DNA of 64,000 bases from Promethearchaeota archaeon (GTDB lineage: Archaea; Asgardarchaeota; Lokiarchaeia; Sigyniarchaeales; SOKP01): the NCBI GenBank assembly GCA_016840165.1, contig JAEOSU010000072.1, forward strand, positions 224,001 through 288,000. Direction: 5' to 3'. Positions 31,858 to 41,032 of the stretch are shown here, piece by piece. Within the stretch, counting starts at the first letter, position 1. The number at the start of each line of letters is the position of its first letter. The translations under genes and the position numbers were made by a program. The notes beneath the pieces were generated by a model. That model made no database searches. It saw only the letters and a list, made by a program, of their open reading frames with translations, and had not been told where the DNA came from.

Positions 31858-32202
31858 TTATTTTATATTTTTAACTCCCATAATTGCATTATGTAAAAAT
31901 CCAAGCCCTCGAGGAGTTGCTTTCCATCCACTTTTTGTATTGATGATGTAAAATAGTTGTTCTAGCATAGATAAATGATATTTAATTTGCTCCTCTTCTT
32001 CCTGAAATTTAATTTTTATTTCTTCAAATGTTCTCGCGTTATTTCCAATGAATTTTAGCAAATCTCTCCTCGTCTGATTCATCATTGTTCTATAAGCAAG
32101 ATAATGATCTTTTTTAGGATTAGTATGTTTTGTTAGTTCTAAATATTTCTTCATTTCCTCGTCATCTAATTGACAAATTTCTAATATTTCTTTCATATCC
32201 AT
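31858..32202 (-). CDS. ArsR-like winged-helix protein
   Basis: NQTRRDLLKFI...IKYHLSMLEQ...WKATPRG. Confidence 0.7.
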   Translation of the reverse strand: MDMKEILEICQLDDEEMKKYLELTKHTNPKKDHYLAYRTMMNQTRRDLLKFIGNNARTFEEIKIKFQEEEEQIKYHLSMLEQLFYIINTKSGWKATPRGLGFLHNAIMGVKNIK

Positions 32203-32347
32203 CGTAGATTCACTTTTTATTCATATTATTTTCATTTATTTACTCTACCACTTGATTTTTAAAATTAAATATCCAATAAATAATCATTTTTTTGAGAAAT
32301 TGACATTGAAATACATTTTTAAAAACTTTTAAAAAAATATCGATATC

Positions 32348-32413
32348 TTTATATAGGATTTTTAATATATTCCTACATGGGATTATTCCTATATGAGACT
32401 ATTATAATGGATT
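32348..32413 (+). promoter_or_regulatory. padR promoter with tandem 16-bp imperfect palindromes
   Basis: TTTATATA at 32348-55, then TATTCCTACATGGGAT (32368-83), TATTCCTATATGAGAC (32384-99) and TATTATAATGGGAT (32400-13). Confidence 0.55.
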
Positions 32414-32418
32414 AAAAA

Positions 32419-33042
32419 ATGACAGCTAATACTCAAAAAGGAATGGAAATTGAGTTAAATCATAATCAATTTACTTTATTAGGGTTAGTTTCTGAAGGAG
32501 AGCCAGAATATCAGTATCAAGCAACATATCCATACATGATAAATAAAAAAATAAAGGAGAGAGGTATGGAGGCATGGACAAATATAGGAGAAATGGGCAG
32601 ATCGTCTATTTACCGAATTTTAAAAGAATTAGAATCATTGAAACTTATTACTCACTATACTGAAGAAGTAGATAATAGAAGGCGTAAAGTGTATTCTATT
32701 ACAGAAAAGGGAATTACTCTTTTAAAGAAAAGAATATACGAGGTTATAAGTAACTTTATAGGAAAAAACGATGAAGATTTTTATGTTGCATTTTCCATGC
32801 TTCCACTCTTGAGTCAAGAACAACAAATTGAAGCATTCACTAAATCAATTGAAAAGATAACAAATCATATAGAGGAATTAGAAGAAATGCTAAAACAAAA
32901 TGCTCAATTCCCTCTTAATGTTACTGGATTATTTATGCATCCTATTGAAATCCTTAAAACGGATGCTAAATTTCTCAGATGGGTATTAGAAGAATTAAAA
33001 AAAGGAAAAGGAAAAGTAAGGTTTAGTGATTATAATAAATAA
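32419..33042 (+). CDS. PadR-family transcriptional regulator
   Basis: SSIYRILKELESLKLI...RRRKVYSITEKG plus a C-terminal helical domain. Confidence 0.88.
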   Translation: MTANTQKGMEIELNHNQFTLLGLVSEGEPEYQYQATYPYMINKKIKERGMEAWTNIGEMGRSSIYRILKELESLKLITHYTEEVDNRRRKVYSITEKGITLLKKRIYEVISNFIGKNDEDFYVAFSMLPLLSQEQQIEAFTKSIEKITNHIEELEEMLKQNAQFPLNVTGLFMHPIEILKTDAKFLRWVLEELKKGKGKVRFSDYNK

Positions 33043-33086
33043 CAGAGCAAATTGATATATAATAATATAGATTAGGTGATTTTAAG

Positions 33087-34223
33087 ATGAAATATATTAT
33101 AAAGGATTTTGTTCATAGAATAGGACAGCACTGTGAGTCATCTTCGATGCGTGATTTATTCGAATACTACGGATTTCCTATGTCCGAGGCAATGGCATTT
33201 GGTCTTGACGGAACTATGGGATTTGGATTTTTCGATAGCACAGGTCAAAGTTCATTTATTCCAAATACTGAAGTTCCCTTTTTTATTGGGGGAAAACAAG
33301 GAACGATAGAGCCTAATAGCCTAGCGTGTCGATTATTAGGAATTAGTTTAAGGAAACAATCGTTTACAAGTACTAATAAAGCGTGGGAGGAATCCATAAA
33401 ATTAATAGATCAAGATACGCCTCTCCTTATAAGAGTCGATATTGCTTATATGCCATATGAAGATTTTGATACAGAACTTGAGGTAGCTCATTTTGGTGGG
33501 CATGCTGTCACGTTGGGGGGATATAATGACCAGAAGGAAATAGCATATATTGGTGATACCGAATTTGAGGGATTTCAAGAAGTTCCAGTGAAAGTTCTCA
33601 AGGAAGCAAGAAGTTCAACTCATGGACCTAAATTTTTACATCCCAAAAATACACAATTTTCTATGACTCCTCGACCTGATGGAAAACATCCCCCATTAGC
33701 AGCAGGTATAAAATTAGCGATCCAACAAGTTGTTAATAATATGCTACGACCATCAATGAACTTTAATGGAATCCAAGGATTAAAAGGATTTGCCAAATCA
33801 ATTCTTACATGGGGGGAAAAACTTAAAAAAAGTATCATAGATTCTAAAAGTGAACATATTTCTTTAGCTCATCTGATGTTTGAGCTTATATATGGATATA
33901 TTGAAACCTGGGGTACAGGAGGAGGTTCATTCCGTAGACTCTATAAAGACTTCTTAGTTGAACTAAATCAGCATTCTGAGCTTAGAGAAGGTTCTAGAGC
34001 GTGGAGTTCTGATGAATTTAGCATTCTTGAAGAAGTTATCCCATTAATTGGTGATTCTGCCGATAAGTGGACTTATATCGCAGAAATTCTGAAGAAATCG
34101 GTGGATGAATATAAAGATGACTGTTTAAATCATGTTGATTTCGGTCAATTACACAATATAGCAATTGATATCTTAACTAAAGAAGAGGAAGCATTCAAAA
34201 AATTATCAAAACTTAAAATTTAG
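33087..34223 (+). CDS. BtrH-like (papain/C39-like Cys-His) protein with DUF4872-like C-terminus
   Basis: GQHCESS, SEAMAFGL, HFGGHAV, GTGGGSFRRLY. Confidence 0.8.
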   Translation: MKYIIKDFVHRIGQHCESSSMRDLFEYYGFPMSEAMAFGLDGTMGFGFFDSTGQSSFIPNTEVPFFIGGKQGTIEPNSLACRLLGISLRKQSFTSTNKAWEESIKLIDQDTPLLIRVDIAYMPYEDFDTELEVAHFGGHAVTLGGYNDQKEIAYIGDTEFEGFQEVPVKVLKEARSSTHGPKFLHPKNTQFSMTPRPDGKHPPLAAGIKLAIQQVVNNMLRPSMNFNGIQGLKGFAKSILTWGEKLKKSIIDSKSEHISLAHLMFELIYGYIETWGTGGGSFRRLYKDFLVELNQHSELREGSRAWSSDEFSILEEVIPLIGDSADKWTYIAEILKKSVDEYKDDCLNHVDFGQLHNIAIDILTKEEEAFKKLSKLKI

Positions 34224-34234
34224 GTGTGCAATAA

Positions 34235-34663
34235 ATGGAAAATAATAACTTAGCAGCACCATGTGGAATGTATTGTGGGATGTGCCGACAATACTTAGCT
34301 TTAAAAAAAGGACTATTAGAAGAGAAAGGTTTGAAATTAGGTTGTCAAGGATGTCGAATACGAAATAAAAATTGTGTATTTATAAGGAGAGACTGTTCCA
34401 AATTAAGAAAGAAGGAAATTGAGTATTGCTATGAATGCGAGGAAATGCCTTGCAATAACCTCAAGAAAATTGATAAAATATACATAGATAGGTATTCTCT
34501 AAGTTTCATAAAAAACTTAAGAAGAATTGAAGAGATTGGAGTAAAGTCATGGCTTCAAGAGCAAAAAGAACTCTACACTTGCCCAGAATGTGGAGGGGAA
34601 ATTTGTATTCATGATGGGGAGTGCTATGATTGTGGTTTAAAAATAAATCCAAATATAGGGTAA
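34235..34663 (+). CDS. DUF3795-like Cys-rich protein
   Basis: APCGMYCGMC, CQGCR, YCYECEEMPC, CPECG...CYDCG. Confidence 0.8.
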   Translation: MENNNLAAPCGMYCGMCRQYLALKKGLLEEKGLKLGCQGCRIRNKNCVFIRRDCSKLRKKEIEYCYECEEMPCNNLKKIDKIYIDRYSLSFIKNLRRIEEIGVKSWLQEQKELYTCPECGGEICIHDGECYDCGLKINPNIG

Positions 34664-34672
34664 GAGTAAGAA

Positions 34673-35089
34673 ATGATAGAGGAAAAAGTAAGTTATTGTG
34701 GTTTATATTGTGGAGCATGCCCTTCTTTTCATAAAGGAACGTGTTTAGGATGTAGATCAGAGGATAAAAATCAGAGTAGAAAATCCAAGTGGAGTTGTAA
34801 AATTCGAAAATGTTGTATTGAGGTAAAAAAGATTGAACATTGTGGTCAATGTGAAGATTTCCCGTGCAAAGAAATGAATCGAAAGCTCATTAATTCGCAT
34901 CAAAATGATCCTAGATTTGAATATCGCCATAAAATACCTCAAAATATGAAAGCTCTTAATAAGTTGGGTCTCAGAGAATGGGCTCAAGCTCAAGCAAAAT
35001 TATGGTGTTGTATAGATTGTGGAAAACCCATAATTTTTTATTATAATAAATGTAGTGTATGTGGAAAAGAAAAGAATAAAAATGTCTGA
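34673..35089 (+). CDS. DUF3795-like Cys-rich protein (paralogue)
   Basis: YCGLYCGAC, CLGCRS, CKIRKCC, HCGQCEDFPC. Confidence 0.8.
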   Translation: MIEEKVSYCGLYCGACPSFHKGTCLGCRSEDKNQSRKSKWSCKIRKCCIEVKKIEHCGQCEDFPCKEMNRKLINSHQNDPRFEYRHKIPQNMKALNKLGLREWAQAQAKLWCCIDCGKPIIFYYNKCSVCGKEKNKNV

Positions 35090-35753
35090 AAAAATATTAA
35101 AAGAATTGGATGCTGAGGGGCTTCGAAATGTTTTTCTTAAATACACGAGAAAGGCATTTAAAAGTCTCCCAAAGATCGATAATCCTCGCATTCTTGATGT
35201 TGGATGTGGTACAGGTCAACCGAGTCTAGAGTTGCTCAAATTAAGTGATGGTGAGATCTATGGAATTGACATTGATCAGGGCGCATTAGATAAATTAAAA
35301 TTTAAAATTAAACAAAAAGGACTATCGGATAGGCTGAGAATTTATAATTATTCTATATATAATACCCAATTTGATGATGACATGTTTGACATAATATGGG
35401 AAGAAGGAGTATTGCATTTGCTTAAAATTGAAAAAGCTTTAGCTGAATGTAAGAGAGTGTTAAAATTCAATGGATTCATGGTTACAGGGGAAACAACTAG
35501 CTGGGCAGGGAAAAGTCTTAAAATATTCCCTAAATTTGGTTTTAAATTAATAAAAGAAATAAAATGGGAAAGAGAATGTTGGTGGACAGAATATTACGCT
35601 CCTTTAGAAAAAAAAATAAAAATCTTGAAAAATAAATATGGAAATATTGAAAGGATTGAGCAAATTAGACGACATCTTAGGGAAATAGAAATGGTTAAAA
35701 AAAATCCCTCAAAATTTGATTGTACAACTTATATAATGCAAAAAATTAAATAG
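35082..35753 (+). CDS. Class I SAM-dependent methyltransferase
   Basis: ILDVGCGTG, FDIIWEEG; the ATG at 35082 overlaps the upstream stop. Confidence 0.88.
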   Translation: MSEKILKELDAEGLRNVFLKYTRKAFKSLPKIDNPRILDVGCGTGQPSLELLKLSDGEIYGIDIDQGALDKLKFKIKQKGLSDRLRIYNYSIYNTQFDDDMFDIIWEEGVLHLLKIEKALAECKRVLKFNGFMVTGETTSWAGKSLKIFPKFGFKLIKEIKWERECWWTEYYAPLEKKIKILKNKYGNIERIEQIRRHLREIEMVKKNPSKFDCTTYIMQKIK

Positions 35754-35768
35754 AGGATGAGTGAATAA

Positions 35769-38270
35769 ATGGATTTTATAAAAGTAAGAGGCGCAAGAAT
35801 TCATAATTTAAAAAATGTAGATGTAGATATTCCCAAAGGAAAATTGATTCTTATAACCGGCGTATCTGGCTCAGGGAAGTCTAGTTTAGCATTTGATATC
35901 ATATTTGATGAGGGGATGAATCGTTATCTGCAATCAATCGGCTTCCCACCTAAATTTGAGGATGAAAAACCGTTTGATATGATTGATGGGTTAAGTCCTA
36001 CGGTTGCTGTAGAACAAAGAACAACAAGAGTATTTAATCCTCGTTCGACAGTTGGAACTAAAACAGGTCTTTATGCCCTCCTACGTATGTTATATGCCAC
36101 AGAGGGAATCTTAATTTGCCCAATTTGTAAAGAACCAGTCAATCAAGCTACTTTGGAATGCGAATTATGTGGAATGGTAGTTGATCGAAAACAAATAAAA
36201 CATTTTTCCTTCAATGAACCATCAGGAATGTGTTTAGAATGCAAAGGGAGAGGCTATAAAATGTTTTTAACAGAAGATATGATTGTTCAAGATTATAATC
36301 GGAATCTAATAGAAATCACTAAAGCTGGATCTGCTGTATTTGCAGATCAAATTAGATTTGTAGAACAATTACCAAGATTTTATAATTTTGACATTAATAC
36401 TCCCTATAAAGACTTGCCAGATGAAATAAAACAAATTTTCTTATATGGAAGTGGAAAAAAACTGAAGTTTCAATGGGAGTCGAAAACATTCTCTGGAGAA
36501 TTGGAACGAGAATTTGAAGGCGTTATCCCTCATATTAAGCGAGCTTTAAGTGAGAGTAAGAGTGCATATCGACGACACAAGATTCATAGTAATTACATGG
36601 CAAAAAGGAAATGTGATGAATGTGATGGATATAGAATAAATAAAGAAGCACAAGAGATAAAGATTGAGGGCAAACATATTGGTGAATTAGCAGAAATGCC
36701 TATTGATGATTTGATTGGCTATTTGGATAAATTACCAAGAAGTAATTTTAATAGCCCACAAGGCTCATCAGTTCTAGATTTAATCCTAGTAAGTCTTAAT
36801 CGCATGGTGAGGGTTGGATTAAAATATCTACATTTAAATCGAACATTACCAACTCTAAGCGGGGGAGAATTACAAAGATTATCACTAATGACTCATTTAG
36901 ATGGAGGGCTAGATTCATTAATATACATATTAGATGAACCAAGTATGAGTTTGCATGAGCGTGAAAAGGATTCTTTAGTAGTTATATTGGAGGAACTAAA
37001 AGATTTGGGGAATTCTGTAATAATTGTTGAACATGATAGACGATTTATTAATATTGCTGATGAAATTATTGACATTGGTCCTGGAGCAGGTGTGAATGGT
37101 GGTCGAGTTGTATTCCAAGGAAATATAAAAAAGATTAAGGAAATTGAAGAGTCTTATACTGGTCAGTTTCTCGCAGATAAAATCCACTTGCCAATTAAAT
37201 TAGAAGATGACCGAAAATCAATTGATAGCGAGACCAGATATCTCACAATTAAAAATGCAACAACTAATAATCTTCAAAACATAACTGTTAATATCCCATT
37301 AGGAATGATGGTAGGTATTGCAGGAGTTTCTGGATCTGGTAAGAGTTCACTTATATTAGATACCCTTGTCCCACTACTAAAACCCCTCTTCAAACGAGGA
37401 AGTAATAGCAATAAAAAAGAAAAAAATGATAATGGAACCAACGAAGAGGATGAGGAAGATCTATTAGAATATTCTGGAACTTTAGAAGGTTGGGATAACT
37501 TAGATAATGTAGTGGTTATTAATCAAAAACCGATATCCCGAGTAAAAACCTCTACTCCTTGTTCTTATATAGGAATTTGGGGTAAAATAAGAAGCATTTT
37601 TGCTAAAACTACAGAAGCAAAGAAAAGGAAATATACACCTGGTCACTTCTCTTATAACTCCGAAAGTGGAAGGTGTCCGATATGCAAAGGAAGCGGGGAA
37701 CAAGATTTACAAATATCATTTATTAGCAGTTTCTCGATTCCTTGTAAGGAATGTAAAGGATCACGGTATAAACCAGAAATTTTAGATATAACTTTCAAGG
37801 GCAAAAATGTTGCTGAAGTACTTGATATAACCGTAAGTGAAGCGCTAGATTTATTCAAGTCTCAAAAAAGTATCTACAATGTTCTCAAGATCTTAGATGA
37901 TATTGGTATGGGTTATATGGCTTTAGGACAACCTGCACCAACTCTTAGTGGCGGTGAAGCTCAGCGAGTTAAACTTGCGAAGGAACTTGGAAAACTTCGG
38001 AAAGGAAACTCACTGTATATTCTTGATGAGCCTACGGTAGGTTTAGCATTTTATGATGCTATTAAACTTGTAGAGCTATTAGAGAAACTTGTTCAAGAAG
38101 GGAATAGTGTGATTATTATTGAACATGATCCAGAGATTCTCTCCTATACGGATTATATTATTGAATTGGGACCAGAAGGGGGACCAAAAGGAGGAGAGAT
38201 AATTGCAGAGGGCCCACCAATTAAAATTAAGTCAAATGAGTATTCAAATACTGGTCCATATTTAAACTAA
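35769..38270 (+). CDS. uvrA: UvrA-like ABC ATPase (class II / DrrC-like)
   Basis: GARIHNLKN, two GVSGSGKSS Walker A motifs, two LSGGE signatures, Zn fingers. Short (833 aa), appears to lack the UvrB-binding insert, and has no adjacent uvrB/uvrC. Confidence 0.88.
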   Translation: MDFIKVRGARIHNLKNVDVDIPKGKLILITGVSGSGKSSLAFDIIFDEGMNRYLQSIGFPPKFEDEKPFDMIDGLSPTVAVEQRTTRVFNPRSTVGTKTGLYALLRMLYATEGILICPICKEPVNQATLECELCGMVVDRKQIKHFSFNEPSGMCLECKGRGYKMFLTEDMIVQDYNRNLIEITKAGSAVFADQIRFVEQLPRFYNFDINTPYKDLPDEIKQIFLYGSGKKLKFQWESKTFSGELEREFEGVIPHIKRALSESKSAYRRHKIHSNYMAKRKCDECDGYRINKEAQEIKIEGKHIGELAEMPIDDLIGYLDKLPRSNFNSPQGSSVLDLILVSLNRMVRVGLKYLHLNRTLPTLSGGELQRLSLMTHLDGGLDSLIYILDEPSMSLHEREKDSLVVILEELKDLGNSVIIVEHDRRFINIADEIIDIGPGAGVNGGRVVFQGNIKKIKEIEESYTGQFLADKIHLPIKLEDDRKSIDSETRYLTIKNATTNNLQNITVNIPLGMMVGIAGVSGSGKSSLILDTLVPLLKPLFKRGSNSNKKEKNDNGTNEEDEEDLLEYSGTLEGWDNLDNVVVINQKPISRVKTSTPCSYIGIWGKIRSIFAKTTEAKKRKYTPGHFSYNSESGRCPICKGSGEQDLQISFISSFSIPCKECKGSRYKPEILDITFKGKNVAEVLDITVSEALDLFKSQKSIYNVLKILDDIGMGYMALGQPAPTLSGGEAQRVKLAKELGKLRKGNSLYILDEPTVGLAFYDAIKLVELLEKLVQEGNSVIIIEHDPEILSYTDYIIELGPEGGPKGGEIIAEGPPIKIKSNEYSNTGPYLN

Positions 38271-38401
38271 GTTTAAGTATAGTAGGATTATAGAGAATAT
38301 GATTATTCAAATTATAGGTGTCAAAGAGAATAATCTCAAAAATATTTATGTATCCATTAAAGATTAGGAAAGCTCAAATATATAGAAAAACTGAAAATAT
38401 C

Positions 38402-39016
38402 ATGGAAAACCTCAAAAAAAAGGATTTTGTACCTGAGAGTCTTGTTAATGAATCAATATCAAATCCAGAAATTCTAAAAGAATTAGTAAATAATCTACTC
38501 AAAAAGGAGGATACAATCAGGTATAATAGCCATAAAGTATTACTGTTAGTGAGCGAAGCTAATCCTGAGATCCTATATCCTGAATGGGTTTTCTTCGTTA
38601 ATCTATTAAAGAGTAAAAATAATTTTCATAAAGTAATTGGTATTCAAATTTTAGCAAATCTTTCTAAAGTTGATACTCTAAACAAATTTGAAAATATTTA
38701 TGATGACTACTGTGATTTACTTGATGCGAAAAGCGTGATGACGACAGCACATTTAGCAGCGAATATAGGTAAGATAGCTAAGAATAAACCAAACTTAAGA
38801 GAGAAGTTAACTCAAGTATTATTAGATATAGATAAAACTCATCATGAAATTGGTCGAAAAGATTTAATTAAAGCGTCAGTTATTGACTCTTTTACGGAAT
38901 ATTTCAATGAGATAAAAAATAAAGAAGAAATAATAAGATTTGTAGATGCGCAATTGAAGAGTAAAAGTCCTAAAACGAAAAAAAAAGCTGAAGAATTTCT
39001 TAAAAAATTTAAGTAA
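38402..39016 (+). CDS. HEAT-repeat/alpha-solenoid protein
   Basis: Amphipathic helical repeats (IRYNSHKVLLLVSE; HKVIGIQILANLS). The start is uncertain (38318 GTG vs 38402 ATG). Confidence 0.65.
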   Translation: MENLKKKDFVPESLVNESISNPEILKELVNNLLKKEDTIRYNSHKVLLLVSEANPEILYPEWVFFVNLLKSKNNFHKVIGIQILANLSKVDTLNKFENIYDDYCDLLDAKSVMTTAHLAANIGKIAKNKPNLREKLTQVLLDIDKTHHEIGRKDLIKASVIDSFTEYFNEIKNKEEIIRFVDAQLKSKSPKTKKKAEEFLKKFK

Positions 39017-39081
39017 ATAGAGCGATATATACTAATAATAAATAATTATAGTCAAATAAAAAAAAAGGAGATAGGGAATTT

Positions 39082-39489
39082 ATGAGAAATTCGCTACACC
39101 ATGCCCATCTATTTGCGACCAATGTTGATGAAAGCATTAAATTTTACAAAGAAATGTTTGGAGCTAAGTTATTATTCGATTTGGAAATGGCAGGAGCTCG
39201 AAATATAATGATTCAGATTGGAACATCAAAAATCAATTTCTATGATCAACCCCCTAAAGATCTAGGGCGAGGTACGATCCATCATTTAGGAATTGAAACT
39301 GATAATTTAGAAGCTCTCGTAGAACATATGAAGAGTAAGGGTTTTCAATTTAGGAAAGATATAAGAAGTTTTGGTCCTATGAAATATGTTATGGCAGGAG
39401 CTCCTGATAATGTACTTTTAGAGCTTTTTGAGGTAGTTAAAGATAAATTACCACAAGATCAATATGAATTAATATCATCATTGGACTAA
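39082..39489 (+). CDS. VOC/glyoxalase family protein
   Basis: LHHAHL...FYKEMFG, IHHLGI, APDNVLLELFE. Confidence 0.88.
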   Translation: MRNSLHHAHLFATNVDESIKFYKEMFGAKLLFDLEMAGARNIMIQIGTSKINFYDQPPKDLGRGTIHHLGIETDNLEALVEHMKSKGFQFRKDIRSFGPMKYVMAGAPDNVLLELFEVVKDKLPQDQYELISSLD

Positions 39490-39620
39490 TTATAAGTGAG
39501 ACTATTCTAATAAGAAATATTCAAATCAATACTATTTATAACTAATTTTCTAATTTAAAAATATCACAAAAACAATTATTACACCTCTAAAATGTTATAT
39601 TGTAAAAATTAGGATTTTTG

Positions 39621-39676
39621 TGAATAATTATTCATGTGTCACATCATTGTGACAGGATTGTGACAACATTTAAATA
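39621..39676 (+). promoter_or_regulatory. Candidate operator array at the actin promoter
   Basis: Perfect palindrome TGAATAATTATTCA (39621-34); TGTCACA (39637), TGTGACA (39648) and TGTGACA (39659) at an 11-bp period; TTTAAATA at 39669-76. Confidence 0.6.
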
Positions 39677-39834
39677 TTATAATTAGTTTTATCTTATTAA
39701 AATCAAATGCTGGAATAAATCTTTAGTTATTAATGTATTAAACAAGATCAGAGAAATTACAGGATATGTTGATTTAATTAAAACTTAATAGCCTAATGAG
39801 AAATTGTAGCATTATACCAACAATAAGTAAAGTC

Positions 39835-40986
39835 ATGGAGAATTATGATATGAAAGATATTAATTTTAAGAAAGCAATTATAATAGATAATGGAACAGGA
39901 ATCTCTAAGAATGGTTTTGGTGGTGAAGATCAACCGAGATCAGTTTTTCCAACTATGATGGGAACTCCAAAATACGGAACAGTAATGCCTGATGTAAAAC
40001 ATTTCTCAAGAGAGCATTATATTGGAGAGGAAGCAATGGAACTGAAAGGTCTATTGAATCTTAAATTTCCAATTGAACACGGGATTGTGGAAGATTGGCC
40101 TGCAATGGAAAGACTTTGGCATTATACTTTTTATACAGATTTAAGGGTTGATCCTTCAGAGTATCCAGTTCTTCTTACTGAAGCACCATTAAATCCTCGC
40201 CAAAATAGAGAAAAAATGGCTGAAATTATGTTCGAAACATTCAATGTTCCTGCGTTATATATTGCTATGCAAGCAGTCTTATCATTATATGCTTCAGGAA
40301 GAACTACAGGGACAGTAATAGATATAGGAGATGGAGTTTCTCACATCGTTCCAATTTATGAAGGATTTGCTTTAAGTCATGCGATAGAAAGGATTGATTT
40401 AGCTGGACGGGATGTAACAAAATATATGAAAAGATTATTGCGTCAGAATGGTTATTCATTTACCACTAGTGCAGAAACAGAAATTGTAAGAGATATTAAA
40501 GAGAAGTTGTGTTATGTTGCAATTGATCCTGAAAAAGAACTTTTACTTTCAAAGAAAGTTAGCGGTATGAATAAACATTACATGTTACCAGATGGAGAGA
40601 CCGTGAGTCTAGGCATTGAAAGATTTTTAGCACCTGAGTGTTTCTTTAATCCCTCAGTTATTGGAAAAGAATTAGAACCTATTGATGAACTTATTGTCAG
40701 TGCAATAACTGAGTGTGATGTTGATCTTCGAAGAGATCTTTATAGCAATATTGTTCTGTCTGGTGGATCTACAATGTTTCCTGGTATTAAAGAAAGAATA
40801 ATTAAAGAAATAAAAGAAATGATCTCTGAATCTGTGGATGTTAGGATCATCAGCCCACCCGAACGAATGTATTCCGTTTGGATTGGAGGTTCGATTTTGG
40901 GCTCATTAAAGACCTTTCATAGAATGTGGATCACAAGGCGAGAATACAAGGAATTTGGACCAACGATAATTCATCGTTGTTTCTAA
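39835..40986 (+). CDS. actin: Asgard actin (Lokiactin-like)
   Basis: [76 protein letters not shown]-terminal HRCF. The start is 39835 or 39850 (track: 39796). Confidence 0.97.
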   Translation: MENYDMKDINFKKAIIIDNGTGISKNGFGGEDQPRSVFPTMMGTPKYGTVMPDVKHFSREHYIGEEAMELKGLLNLKFPIEHGIVEDWPAMERLWHYTFYTDLRVDPSEYPVLLTEAPLNPRQNREKMAEIMFETFNVPALYIAMQAVLSLYASGRTTGTVIDIGDGVSHIVPIYEGFALSHAIERIDLAGRDVTKYMKRLLRQNGYSFTTSAETEIVRDIKEKLCYVAIDPEKELLLSKKVSGMNKHYMLPDGETVSLGIERFLAPECFFNPSVIGKELEPIDELIVSAITECDVDLRRDLYSNIVLSGGSTMFPGIKERIIKEIKEMISESVDVRIISPPERMYSVWIGGSILGSLKTFHRMWITRREYKEFGPTIIHRCF

Positions 40987-41032
40987 TAAAAGTATTATTT
41001 TTTTAATTTCCCTTAACGAGGAAAATAAAAAT

